Below, piece by piece: positions 9,061-22,446 of a stretch of DNA of 50,274 nucleotides. The DNA lies in contig JAJZQT010000002.1 in assembly GCA_021803005.1 (NCBI GenBank), positions 1 to 50,274 on the forward strand, written 5' to 3'. The translations under genes and the position numbers were made by a program. Under the pieces are notes generated by a model. It was not told the DNA's origin. It did no database searches and was given only the letters and a program-made list of their open reading frames with translations. Source of the stretch: Actinomycetes bacterium. GTDB lineage: Bacteria; Actinomycetota; Thermoleophilia; BMS3ABIN01. Positions within the stretch are counted from its first letter, which is position 1. The number at the start of each line of letters is the position of its first letter.

Positions 9061-10023
9061 TTACCGCCTCAGCGTCAGCCTCGAGGGCAGTCCGGCGGCG
9101 ACGGCTTCGGCCTCGGCGATAACTTCGGCGATGATATCGGCAGCCGGCTGAACCTTGTCGACGAGGGCGACGCACTGGCCGGCCATCATCGAGCCGTCCC
9201 TGACGTTGCCTTCCCTCATGGCTTCTCGCAGTTTGCCGAGGCCCATGTTCTCGACGTCTTCAGCAGTGCACTTCCCCTGGAGAAAATCTTTTTCCTTCTC
9301 GGCGTAGAGACCGGCCAGCTTGTTCTTAATCGACCGCACCGGATAGCCCACGGCGCGGGCCGTCACCACGGTGGCGCGGTCGCCGGACCTCATGTACTTT
9401 TGCTTGACCGCCTCGTGCACCGTGCACTCGGTGGCACAGACAAACCGGGTTCCCATCTGCACGCCCTCGGCTCCCAGGGCGAAGGCGGCGACCAGGGCGG
9501 CGCCGCCGACGATGCCGCCGGCCGCTATCACCGGGACGTCTACCAACTTCGAGACCAGGGGCGTCAGCACCATGGTCGTGGTTTCGCCGATGTGGCCGCC
9601 GGCCTCACAGCCTTCGGCGACGATCGCGTCCGCCCCGTGCTGCTCGGCCCGGCGGGCGATCGCCACGGCAGCCACGACCGGCAGCACCTTGATGCCCTGC
9701 TCCTTGAGCACCGGGATGACAGCGGTGTTCTGCACAGCTCCAAGCGTTACCACAGGCGGCTTCTCGGCCAGCACGACTTCCAGTTGCTTCTCAAACTCGT
9801 GGGTGATCATGATCATATTGACGCCAAAGGGGCGGTCGGTGAGTTCGCGTGTCTTCCGGATCTCTTCCTTAAGCAGTTCGGGGGGCATGGCCCCGGCGCC
9901 GATGATGCCCAGACCGCCCCCATTAGACACGGCGGAAGCCAGGGCGGCGTCACTCACCCAGGTCATGCCGCCCTGTATGATGGGGTGGTCTATGTCGAGC
10001 AGATCACATACGCGATTGGCCAT
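9061..10023 (-). CDS. fabK: enoyl-ACP reductase II (FMN-dependent, nitronate monooxygenase-like)
   Basis: HPIIQGGMTWVSDAALASAVSNGGGLGIIG and AEGCEAGGHIG motifs, plus position inside the fab operon between fabH and fabD. Confidence 0.78.
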   Translation of the reverse strand: MANRVCDLLDIDHPIIQGGMTWVSDAALASAVSNGGGLGIIGAGAMPPELLKEEIRKTRELTDRPFGVNMIMITHEFEKQLEVVLAEKPPVVTLGAVQNTAVIPVLKEQGIKVLPVVAAVAIARRAEQHGADAIVAEGCEAGGHIGETTTMVLTPLVSKLVDVPVIAAGGIVGGAALVAAFALGAEGVQMGTRFVCATECTVHEAVKQKYMRSGDRATVVTARAVGYPVRSIKNKLAGLYAEKEKDFLQGKCTAEDVENMGLGKLREAMREGNVRDGSMMAGQCVALVDKVQPAADIIAEVIAEAEAVAAGLPSRLTLRR

Positions 10024-10026
10024 TGA

Positions 10027-11097
10027 TTACTCCTGAATCCGTTTGATGTCGCCGGTGCGGGCCAGGCAAGAGCCCCAGGAAAGGCCGCCGCCAAAGCCGA
10101 CCATCAGCACCAGCTTGTTGCTGCCAGACTCGGATCGGCCGCTGCCGTCCGGGTTTTTCCCTTGGACGCCTGCCGTGGCGCCGAGGCGCCCGGTCAAGAC
10201 CGCCTCGTCGATGCAGAGCGGTATCGAGGCGCACGATGTGTTGCCGTAGCGCTCGAGATTAGTGAATACCCGTTCCGGCGGTATGCCGAGTTTGCCGGCG
10301 GCAGCGTCGATAATCCGGATGTTGGCCTGATGTGGTACGAACAGGTCCACTTCGTCCACCCCGTAACCGGTTTCTCCCAGCAGCTTCCGGGCCGATGAGA
10401 CTATGATCCTGGCCGCGAATTTGTATACTTCCCGGCCGTTCATACTGATGAAATGCCCGCCCGACTCAACGGTCTCGCGGGAAGCCGGCAGCCGCGACCC
10501 GCCTGCGGCAAGGGATAGCAGCCCGGCGCCGGAAGGGTCGTTCCCCAGATCGAAGCCGAGAATTCCCTCTTGCTCTGATTCTGCCGGCTCCAGCAGCACG
10601 GCGCCAGCGCCGTCGCCGAAGAGCACGGCGGTGCTGCGGTCGGTCCAGTCTATCATCTTGGAGACGACGTCGGCACCTACCACCAGGACCTTTTCCGCCT
10701 GTCCGGAAGCGATAAAGGCGCTGCCTGTGGCCAGAGCGTAGATGAAACCGGTGCAGGCGGCGGACAGATCAAAGGCCGGAACCCCGTCGGCGCCGATCTT
10801 GCCCGAAATGAACGAGGCTGTGGCCGGAAAAAGCATATCCGGGGAAAGGCTGGCGGTGATGATCAGGTCGAGCTCTGAAGGCCTGACGCCGGCCGCCTCG
10901 AGAGCGCGGGCCGCAGCCACCGCCCCCAGATCGGAGGCCGCCTGATCATCAGCAGCGATGCGCCGTTCCCGTATGCCGCTGCGGGTGGAGATCCATTCGT
11001 CGGAGGTGTCCAGCGTCAGGGAAAGGTCGTCATTGGTGACGATACGGTCCGGCACGTGCGTGCCCACCGAAGAAATTTTTACGGGTATTGGTTTCAC
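10027..11097 (-). CDS. fabH: 3-oxoacyl-ACP synthase III
   Basis: ORF 10027..11208. The probable start is the GTG at 11097 (VKPIPVKISSVGTHVPDRIVTNDDL), downstream of the fabZ stop. DLSAACTGF active-site Cys, VPHQAN, GNTSCASIP. About 20 extra residues (GATAGVQGKNPDGSGRSESGSN) lie before the C-terminal GFGGG motif. Confidence 0.85.
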   Translation of the reverse strand: MKPIPVKISSVGTHVPDRIVTNDDLSLTLDTSDEWISTRSGIRERRIAADDQAASDLGAVAAARALEAAGVRPSELDLIITASLSPDMLFPATASFISGKIGADGVPAFDLSAACTGFIYALATGSAFIASGQAEKVLVVGADVVSKMIDWTDRSTAVLFGDGAGAVLLEPAESEQEGILGFDLGNDPSGAGLLSLAAGGSRLPASRETVESGGHFISMNGREVYKFAARIIVSSARKLLGETGYGVDEVDLFVPHQANIRIIDAAAGKLGIPPERVFTNLERYGNTSCASIPLCIDEAVLTGRLGATAGVQGKNPDGSGRSESGSNKLVLMVGFGGGLSWGSCLARTGDIKRIQE

Positions 11098-11152
11098 GCG
11101 GCGAGGCCTTCTGACTGCCCGGCCGCACCCGCGAAAAGCGCGACTGGCCGTT

Positions 11153-11596
11153 TCATTTTCCCCGCTCCGCAACCGCGAAGGTGAGCTCGGCCCTGCATGC
11201 GAGTTCACCGCCGACCGTCGCCTTCGCCTCAGCCTTGCCGATGACGCCCCGCATCCTGGTCATCTCGACTTCCAGCTTCAAGGTGTCTCCCGGTACCACC
11301 TGACGTTTGAAGCGAACGCCGTCGATGCCGGCAAAAAGCACCAGCTTGCCCTTGTTCTCCGGAAGTGAAAGCGCCGCGACCGCCCCCGCCTGCGCCAGCG
11401 CCTCGACTATCAGCACTCCCGGCATGATCGGCTCACCGGGGAAGTGGCCCTGGAAATGGGGCTCTTCCGGGCGTACTTCCTTGAGAGCCACCGCCCTTTT
11501 TCCAGGCACCAGCTCAACAACCTCGTCCAGAAACAGGAACGGGTCGCGGTGCGGGATTATTTCCTTGATCTGTTCGCGGGAAAGTGTGGTCATCAT
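11153..11596 (-). CDS. fabZ: 3-hydroxyacyl-ACP dehydratase
   Basis: ORF 11153..11650. The likely start is ATGATG at 11596/11593 ([24 protein letters not shown]). HFPG.PIMPGVL hotdog active-site motif. Confidence 0.85.
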   Translation of the reverse strand: MMTTLSREQIKEIIPHRDPFLFLDEVVELVPGKRAVALKEVRPEEPHFQGHFPGEPIMPGVLIVEALAQAGAVAALSLPENKGKLVLFAGIDGVRFKRQVVPGDTLKLEVEMTRMRGVIGKAEAKATVGGELACRAELTFAVAERGK

Positions 11597-11651
11597 GTCC
11601 GGGTTTGTCGCAAGCGGCCATTCGCAACCGGTCTCTCCGCCCGGCCACATG

Positions 11652-11681
11652 AAAATGGGCGCTCATTGAGAGCGCCCAAAA
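11652..11681 (-). terminator. putative intrinsic terminator downstream of gyrA
   Basis: 8-bp GC stem GGGCGCTC (11657..11664) / GAGCGCCC (11670..11677) with a 5-nt loop. On the minus strand it is followed by ATTTTCAT. It lies between the gyrA stop and the fabZ start. Confidence 0.4.
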
Positions 11682-11814
11682 CATTATCATAAATCGGCCG
11701 TTGCTGTCGGCCGTTCGGTCTCTCAGGACGCCACCCTGGCCGCTACAGGTGTCCGCGGCAGGCCCGCCAGCGCTCGGTGCCCAGGGCGGAGGCCGCCCTC
11801 GATCCGCTCTCTTG

Positions 11815-14283
<2,469 letters not shown>

Positions 14284-14286
14284 GGT

Positions 14287-16725
<2,439 letters not shown>

Positions 16726-16913
16726 TCAAATGAAGAGCGGGGCACCGCGCAAAAGAGGCGGTGATCGGGGGCGGAAAAAACAGCGCTTCAGACAGGGCTG
16801 CGCTCCTTCAAATTCCGACCTCCGGTGTGGGGTGGTGAGAACCCGTGGATTACTCCCTGGAGTATATCATAAATGGACCTCTGTTACGCAAAAAACAGGG
16901 GAGAACCATGCCG

Positions 16914-17240
16914 CTATTTGCGGGAATTTCCGCTGCCCCGGGCCCGGTGAACAAACCGGATTTCCGTCACTGCTTCCGGGGGGTTCATGGCGTTCATCCG
17001 CGCCGCCAGTTCGGCTGCCGCAAGGCCCAGCTCACAGGCCCAGCCGCCGGTGTCACAGCTGACGGTCATGACCCCTTCCCGGAAAGACCTCACCTCGGTG
17101 TGCCCGCTGATGTCTGCCCCTACCGCCTGCGTCCAGAGGCTCTGCAAACCGAGGCCGGGGCTGGTCTTCCACAGCCGCTGTTTCTCGTTGCGGACAATGG
17201 CGCCAATGCTTTTATATCGGGGCGATTTATAGCTTGACAC
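16914..17240 (-). CDS. DUF721 (DciA-like) protein
   Basis: ORF 16914..17387 overlaps recF extensively. The plausible start is the GTG at 17240 (14-nt overlap with the recF stop). The conserved recF-DUF721-gyrB position and a sequence of the ...LWTQAVGADISGHTEVRSFREGVMTVSCDTGGWACEL... type fit DUF721. Confidence 0.6.
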   Translation of the reverse strand: MSSYKSPRYKSIGAIVRNEKQRLWKTSPGLGLQSLWTQAVGADISGHTEVRSFREGVMTVSCDTGGWACELGLAAAELAARMNAMNPPEAVTEIRFVHRARGSGNSRK

Positions 17241-18354
17241 CCGAACCCGCTTTCGCCTGCCTGACGACGCCGGACTCAACCTCGAACACACACGCCTGCG
17301 ACAGGTCTTCGTCCGCAAAAAGTCCCGCGTCCGCGGCGGTGATAATCGTCTGCGCCCCGTTTCCGCCGTTTTCCACCAAAGACTCAAGCAGGCTCCGGCG
17401 GCGGCCGGGGTCGAGCTCGCTCATGACATCGTCCAGGAGCAGCAGGGGCGTCTCGCCGGTTTCCATCCCCAGGCGACGGTCCGCAAGCAACAGCGCCAGA
17501 ACCGCGGCCCGCTGTTCCCCCTGGGAACCATAGGGCTTGAGGCGCTTGCCCGCAAGCCTGAAATCGACATCGTCGCGGTGGACGCCGATGCCGGTTGCCA
17601 GGCGATCCAGGTCGTCAGACCAGCGGTCTTCCAGCGCCCGGACGAAATTTTCTGTCAGCTCCTCGCCTTCGCCAAGGCCGTCGAGCGGCGAGACGTAGGC
17701 CACGCCGGCGGCCACGCCGGCGCCGGCTATCTCGCCATAGGCTCTCTGGAAGTGCGGCGCCAGAACCCGGCAGTGCTCGCTCCGGGCGGCGTAGATCTTC
17801 TCCCCCAGCGCCGCCAGCTGCCGGTCCCAGGGCGAGATGTCCTGCAGCCGCACCAGCCCGGCCCGCGCCCGCTGCAAAAAACTGTTCCTCTGCGATAACA
17901 CTTTTTGATAGTCCAGCAGGTTCATGTTATAAGCGGGGCGGCGGCGGCCGATGGCGTCGTCGAGAAAGCGGCGGCGGCGCGCCGGCGGGCCCTTGATCAA
18001 CTGCAGGTCGTCAGGCGAAAAGCAGAGCACCTCGCCCGCCGGCAGCCAGCCAGGGCCGCCGCCGTTGTCGGTCCTGATGCCGGAGCCCTGCTCGTAGCCG
18101 ACCGCCCGCGTCTGCGCGGCGCCGTTCCATTCGACCTCAGCCTCGATGCGGAAAAAGGGTTCTCCGGACCGGATCATTTCATGCTCGCGGCTGGTCCGGA
18201 ACGAGCGCCCGCAGGCGACAAACTGAGCCGCCTCAAGCAGGTTGGTCTTGCCGGCGCCGTTGTGCCCGAGGATGATGGAGACGCCCGCCGGAATTTCGAG
18301 GGCGCCCTTCTGGAAATTCCTGAAATTGTTGAGATGTAGGCGCCTTAAATGCAA
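17227..18354 (-). CDS. recF: DNA replication and repair protein RecF
   Basis: N-terminal LNNFRNF...GHNGAGKTNLLEA Walker A, SQGEQR signature and LLLDDV Walker B. Confidence 0.93.
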   Translation of the reverse strand: MHLRRLHLNNFRNFQKGALEIPAGVSIILGHNGAGKTNLLEAAQFVACGRSFRTSREHEMIRSGEPFFRIEAEVEWNGAAQTRAVGYEQGSGIRTDNGGGPGWLPAGEVLCFSPDDLQLIKGPPARRRRFLDDAIGRRRPAYNMNLLDYQKVLSQRNSFLQRARAGLVRLQDISPWDRQLAALGEKIYAARSEHCRVLAPHFQRAYGEIAGAGVAAGVAYVSPLDGLGEGEELTENFVRALEDRWSDDLDRLATGIGVHRDDVDFRLAGKRLKPYGSQGEQRAAVLALLLADRRLGMETGETPLLLLDDVMSELDPGRRRSLLESLVENGGNGAQTIITAADAGLFADEDLSQACVFEVESGVVRQAKAGSGVKL

Positions 18355-18430
18355 TGTGGGGATACCGCCGTTAGGTTTTCAGCTGAAACCGCCGGGGCGA
18401 ACTCTCCGCCCGCAACCGCCCATATGGATG

Positions 18431-19540
18431 CTAGCCGTTTAGCCGGATCGGCATGATCAGGTAGAGGAAATCATCCCCCGAAGCTTTAATCAGGCCTGGC
18501 CGCAGCGGGCTGATGACACGAAGCGCCACCTGCTCCTCGGAGACGCTGTCGATTCCCTCTCGCAGGAAATCGGGATTGAAGCCGATCTCCACCTCTTCAC
18601 CCTGGAAAGCAACGGCCATCGTCTCTTTCGCCTCGCCGACCTGCGGCGTCTGCGCCGAGATGGTCAGCTCGCCGGATGAGAACTTCAGCCGCAGCGGCGC
18701 GTTCTTCTGCGCCATGAGGCTGATGCGGCCCACCGCTTCGAGCAGCTCCTCGCGATCCATGCTGATCTCATACTTGAACTCATCCGGAAGCAGCTGCTGG
18801 TAGTTGGGGAACTGTCCCTCGATAAGGCGGGATGTCAACACGACTCTGCCCGCCGAGAAGATAACCTGGCCGTCCATGATGCCGACACTCACTTTTTCCG
18901 TTTCCGCCTGTCCGCAGATCCGGGCGAGCTCCTCGAGCGAAGAGCGCGGCACGATAATTTCCCTCTTGTCCTTCAGCGAACTCGTCGCTGCGGTCTCGCG
19001 CACGCTCAAGCGATAGCTGTCGGTGGCGACCATCTTGATCTTGTCCTTGGAGAACTTTACCAGTATGCCGGTAAGCAGCGGCCGGGTCTCGTCCCGCGAG
19101 GCTGCCCGCGCCACCGTGTTAATGGTGGACACCATGGGTCCGCTGTCGATCTCAAAGGAACCGTCCTCGGGCATGGCGGGAAGGCGGGGGAAATCGGCAG
19201 CCGGCAGGCAGTTCAGCCGGAAACTGGCGGTGCCGCAGCGGACCTCCAGGACCTGCTCCTTCTCGTCCATTTCGAGGATTACGTCTCCGGTAGGCAGGCT
19301 GCGCACAACATCCGTCATCAGCCGGCCCGGCGCCACCAGCGCGCCCTCGCCCTCGACCTGGGCTTCCATGGCCAGCCGCAGGGAGAGCTCCATGTCGGTG
19401 CTTGCCAGCTCGATGCTGCCGCTGTCCTTTAAGTCAATGCGTATGCCTGAGAGAACCGGCATCGTACTTTTCGTCGATACGGTCTTGAGGACCGACTGCA
19501 GATTCTCCAGTAAGAGATCTTTGGGACAGTTTATCCGCAT
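18431..19540 (-). CDS. dnaN: DNA polymerase III beta sliding clamp
   Basis: 369 aa, three-domain clamp pattern (LSGIRIDL..., ATDSYRL, LIEGQFPNY, ...PIRLN C-terminus), immediately downstream of dnaA. Confidence 0.95.
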   Translation of the reverse strand: MRINCPKDLLLENLQSVLKTVSTKSTMPVLSGIRIDLKDSGSIELASTDMELSLRLAMEAQVEGEGALVAPGRLMTDVVRSLPTGDVILEMDEKEQVLEVRCGTASFRLNCLPAADFPRLPAMPEDGSFEIDSGPMVSTINTVARAASRDETRPLLTGILVKFSKDKIKMVATDSYRLSVRETAATSSLKDKREIIVPRSSLEELARICGQAETEKVSVGIMDGQVIFSAGRVVLTSRLIEGQFPNYQQLLPDEFKYEISMDREELLEAVGRISLMAQKNAPLRLKFSSGELTISAQTPQVGEAKETMAVAFQGEEVEIGFNPDFLREGIDSVSEEQVALRVISPLRPGLIKASGDDFLYLIMPIRLNG

Positions 19541-19556
19541 GTTCCGACCTCCAACG

Positions 19557-19600
19557 GTTTATTTATTAATTTATTAAAAAATAGTCTCATTAGTAGTAGG
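19557..19600. other. AT-rich element (candidate DNA unwinding element) of oriC
   Basis: GTTTATTTATTAATTTATTAAAAAATAGTCTCATTAGTAGTAGG is by far the most AT-rich stretch in a high-GC window. It lies in the dnaA-dnaN spacer. Confidence 0.6.
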
Positions 19601-19665
19601 CGCCTGTATAACTGGGAGAGGAAAAAAAGAGCCTCCAAAACCAGGCTATCCGGACGGCATAACCT

Positions 19666-19747
19666 TGTTGATAAGCATGAGGATAACAAGCCAGCCGGAT
19701 GGCATAACCTTATCCGACTTCCCTCGCGGGCGCAAAGGTATGGATAA
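19666..19747. promoter_or_regulatory. cluster of one-mismatch DnaA-box-like sites in the dnaA-dnaN spacer
   Basis: TGTTGATAA 19666..19674, TGAGGATAA 19678..19686 and TATGGATAA 19739..19747 are each one mismatch from TGTGGATAA and share the same orientation. In addition, TTATCCGCA at 19531..19539 overlaps the dnaN start codon. Confidence 0.5.
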
Positions 19748-19798
19748 CCGGAACTTTCTCCCCTCGGCTTCAACCGTTTTTCCACCATCAAACCAGAG

Positions 19799-21169
19799 CT
19801 ATCTCTGGGAATGTTTGAGCTTGCCGGTTATCTGCTGCACCATCGTGAAGACTTCGCGCTCTTCCTTGATCAGTTTGGAGATCTTGTTGATGGCATGGAT
19901 AACCGTGGTATGGTCCCGGCCGCCGAACTTCTCGCCGATGCGCGGCTGGGAGGAGTCGGTAAGCTCGCGGCAGAGGTACATGGCGATCTGCCTGGGGAAG
20001 ACGATGTTCTGGCTGCGCTTGCTGCCCTTGAGATCGCTCATCGAGAGCGAGAAGAAGCGGCAGGTCTCGTTCTGGATCATGTCGATGGTTATCCGTGTGT
20101 CAAGATTGGTGGGCAGGATGTCCTTCAGCGCCTCCTTGGCCAGCGGCAGGGTGATCTGCGAGTTGGTGAACTTGGCCTGCGCCGCGACCCGGATCAGGGC
20201 GCCCTCGAGCTCGCGGATGTTGGTGGGGATGCCGCGGGCGATGAATCCGAGGACCTCGTCGATGGAGCTGGACGAGATGGCGATGCCGCGGGAAGCGACC
20301 TGCTTGCGCAGGATAGCGATGCGGGTCTCGACGTCGGGAGGCTGGATGTCGGTGATCAGACCCGACTCGAAACGGCTGCTGAGCCGCTCCTCCAGGGTAG
20401 CGATCTCGCGCGGCGGCCGGTCGCTGGAGATGGCGATCTGCTTTCCGGCCTCATAAAGGGTGTTGAAGGTGTGGAAGAACTCCTCCTGGGTGCCTTCCTT
20501 GTTTTCCAGGAACTGGATGTCATCGATCAGCAGCACGTCGTTGGTGCGGTACTTGCGCTTGAATGCCTCCATCCTGCCGTCACGGACGGAATTGATGAAG
20601 TCGTTGGTGAACGACTCCACGGTCATATATTTGACAGAGAGCTCGGGCGTATTGGTCGCTACATAGTGCCCGATCGCCTGCAGCAGGTGGGTCTTTCCCA
20701 GGCCGACGCCGCCGTAGATGAAGAAGGGGTTGTAGGCCTGGGCGGGCGCCTCGGCCACGGCCAGCGCCGCCGCATGCGCAAAGCGGTTGCTGGAGCCGAT
20801 GACGAAGCTGTCAAAGGTGTATTTGGGGTTAAGGTCGCCCAGGACGGGCGGTTCGGTGATCTCAATCATGGGGCGGGCCGGGCGCCGCCGGGACGGCTCC
20901 GGGTCGCTCGCCGGCGTCGTGGAAACAACCACCTTGACCGGGACCTCCTCGCCCACGACTTCCTGCAGGGATTCCTCGATTAACGGCAGGAAGCGCGCCT
21001 CGATGCGGGTTTTGGCGAAATCGTTGGGCACGGACAGCAGGAAGGTGTTGTCTTCCTCCATGCCCTCGGCCCCGGTATTTTCAAACCAGATCTCGTAGGC
21101 GGAAGTGCTAAGCGACTCCCGGATGGATTCTCTGGCGGCCAGCCAGATCGTTTCTGCTCGGTCTCCCAT
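19799..21169 (-). CDS. dnaA: chromosomal replication initiator DnaA
   Basis: 456 aa. GGVGLGKTHLLQAIG Walker A, LLIDDIQFL Walker B, C-terminal DNA-binding domain (FPRQIAMYLCRELT..S...IG..FGGRDHTTV.HA). Confidence 0.97.
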   Translation of the reverse strand: MGDRAETIWLAARESIRESLSTSAYEIWFENTGAEGMEEDNTFLLSVPNDFAKTRIEARFLPLIEESLQEVVGEEVPVKVVVSTTPASDPEPSRRRPARPMIEITEPPVLGDLNPKYTFDSFVIGSSNRFAHAAALAVAEAPAQAYNPFFIYGGVGLGKTHLLQAIGHYVATNTPELSVKYMTVESFTNDFINSVRDGRMEAFKRKYRTNDVLLIDDIQFLENKEGTQEEFFHTFNTLYEAGKQIAISSDRPPREIATLEERLSSRFESGLITDIQPPDVETRIAILRKQVASRGIAISSSSIDEVLGFIARGIPTNIRELEGALIRVAAQAKFTNSQITLPLAKEALKDILPTNLDTRITIDMIQNETCRFFSLSMSDLKGSKRSQNIVFPRQIAMYLCRELTDSSQPRIGEKFGGRDHTTVIHAINKISKLIKEEREVFTMVQQITGKLKHSQR

Positions 21170-21346
21170 GGAAGGCTCCTGTAAAATGTTGGACGCTCCC
21201 CCAAAAAGGTGACTTGAACGCGGCCGATAACTGGAAGCGCCGCTGCTTGCCGCAACACAAACGTATGCCGGGGAGTTGTGTGGAGAAGATATTATAGTCG
21301 GTCCCCGAGGAAAACAAGAGATCGGGGAGCGCCACCACGGCCCAAG

Positions 21347-21369
21347 TTATCCACAGCCCCTGTGGATAA
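21347..21369. promoter_or_regulatory. convergent pair of perfect DnaA boxes
   Basis: TTATCCACA (21347..21355), GCCCC spacer, TGTGGATAA (21361..21369); a perfect 9+5+9 inverted repeat. Confidence 0.8.
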
Positions 21370-21467
21370 AGCGGTGATAAAACCGCCGGAAAGAGCGGGG
21401 TGCGACTATGCCCCCGGGAGCGGTGACGGGCAGGCAAAAGCGCCTGCTAAACAGCGGATAAAACGGG

Positions 21468-21498
21468 TTATCCACAACTGTGAAAAGGATGTGGATAA
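21468..21498. promoter_or_regulatory. second convergent pair of perfect DnaA boxes
   Basis: TTATCCACA (21468..21476), 13-nt spacer, TGTGGATAA (21490..21498). Degenerate boxes lie nearby: TGTGGAGAA 21279..21287 and CCATCCACA 21506..21514. Confidence 0.8.
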
Positions 21499-21633
21499 AT
21501 CTCGTCCATCCACACGCCAAGGTATCCAGAACTGACGACGGTTTTATGGCCCGCCGCCACGGTTAAAGGAATTCCCCGACCGGGATAGAACACAATAGCA
21601 CGATAAATCCCGAAAACACGGGAGACCGGTCAC

Positions 21634-22446
21634 GTGACAACTGTATTAGCCTTTGCCAATCAAAAGGGCGGGGTCGCCAAGACGACCTCGACCCTGAATG
21701 TCGGCGTCGCCTTGCGCGAGATGCACAAGCGCGTCCTGGTGATCGACATGGACCCCCAGGGAAACCTGTCCATGAGCCAGGGGATCAACCCCGACTTCCT
21801 CACCAGGAGCATGTTTAACGTGCTGGTGCACCGCACCCCTCTCGACGACGTCATCCAGAGGTGCGAGGTGGATATAGCTCCCGCCAGCATCGACCTTGCC
21901 GGCGCCGAGCTGGCCCTGTCGTCGGCGATCGGGCGCGAGCGCTCGCTGGAAAAGGCGCTGATGCAGGTAAAGCACCGCTATGACTTCATTCTTATTGACA
22001 CGCCGCCGTCGCTGGGCCTGCTGACCATCAACGCCCTGACCGCGGCGGACGGCGTGGTTGTGCCCGTGCAATGCGAATACCTTTCCCTCCGGGGGCTGGC
22101 GCAGCTGGAAAAGACTCTCGAAATGATTCGCGAGAACCTCAATCCGGACGTCAAAATCCGCGGCATCCTGCCGACGATGTTCGACGCCCGGACAATCCAC
22201 GGCCGCGAGGCGATAGAGATACTCAAGGACGGCTTTGGCGACATCGTTTTCAAGACCGTGGTGAGGAAAACCATAAAGTTCGCGGAAGCGCCGGTGCAGG
22301 GCCGCTCGATCATGGCCTATGAACCCGAGGGCGCCGCGGCGGACACTTACCGCAACCTGGCAAAGGAGTTGCTCAATGGGAATCCGAGCGAGCATGAAGG
22401 AAGGGGCCTTAGCGAACCTCTTCCAGCCTACGGAGCACATATCTGA
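21634..22446 (+). CDS. parA: ParA/Soj-family P-loop ATPase (no cognate parB adjacent)
   Basis: GTG start. [17 protein letters not shown] deviant Walker [23 protein letters not shown] 23-aa tail follows the usual ...AKELL end. Confidence 0.85.
   Translation: MTTVLAFANQKGGVAKTTSTLNVGVALREMHKRVLVIDMDPQGNLSMSQGINPDFLTRSMFNVLVHRTPLDDVIQRCEVDIAPASIDLAGAELALSSAIGRERSLEKALMQVKHRYDFILIDTPPSLGLLTINALTAADGVVVPVQCEYLSLRGLAQLEKTLEMIRENLNPDVKIRGILPTMFDARTIHGREAIEILKDGFGDIVFKTVVRKTIKFAEAPVQGRSIMAYEPEGAAADTYRNLAKELLNGNPSEHEGRGLSEPLPAYGAHI

Noticed and set aside
16730-17237. + strand ORFs 16730..17062, 16845..17237 and 16987..17232 in the gyrB-recF interval
   Set aside because: They overlap the DUF721 gene on the opposite strand, whose position between recF and gyrB is conserved. 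Their composition is Arg/Pro/Gly-rich.
19811-20983. 390-aa + strand ORF
   Set aside because: Antisense to dnaA, with low-complexity Gly/Asp/Leu/Arg-rich sequence and no independent support.
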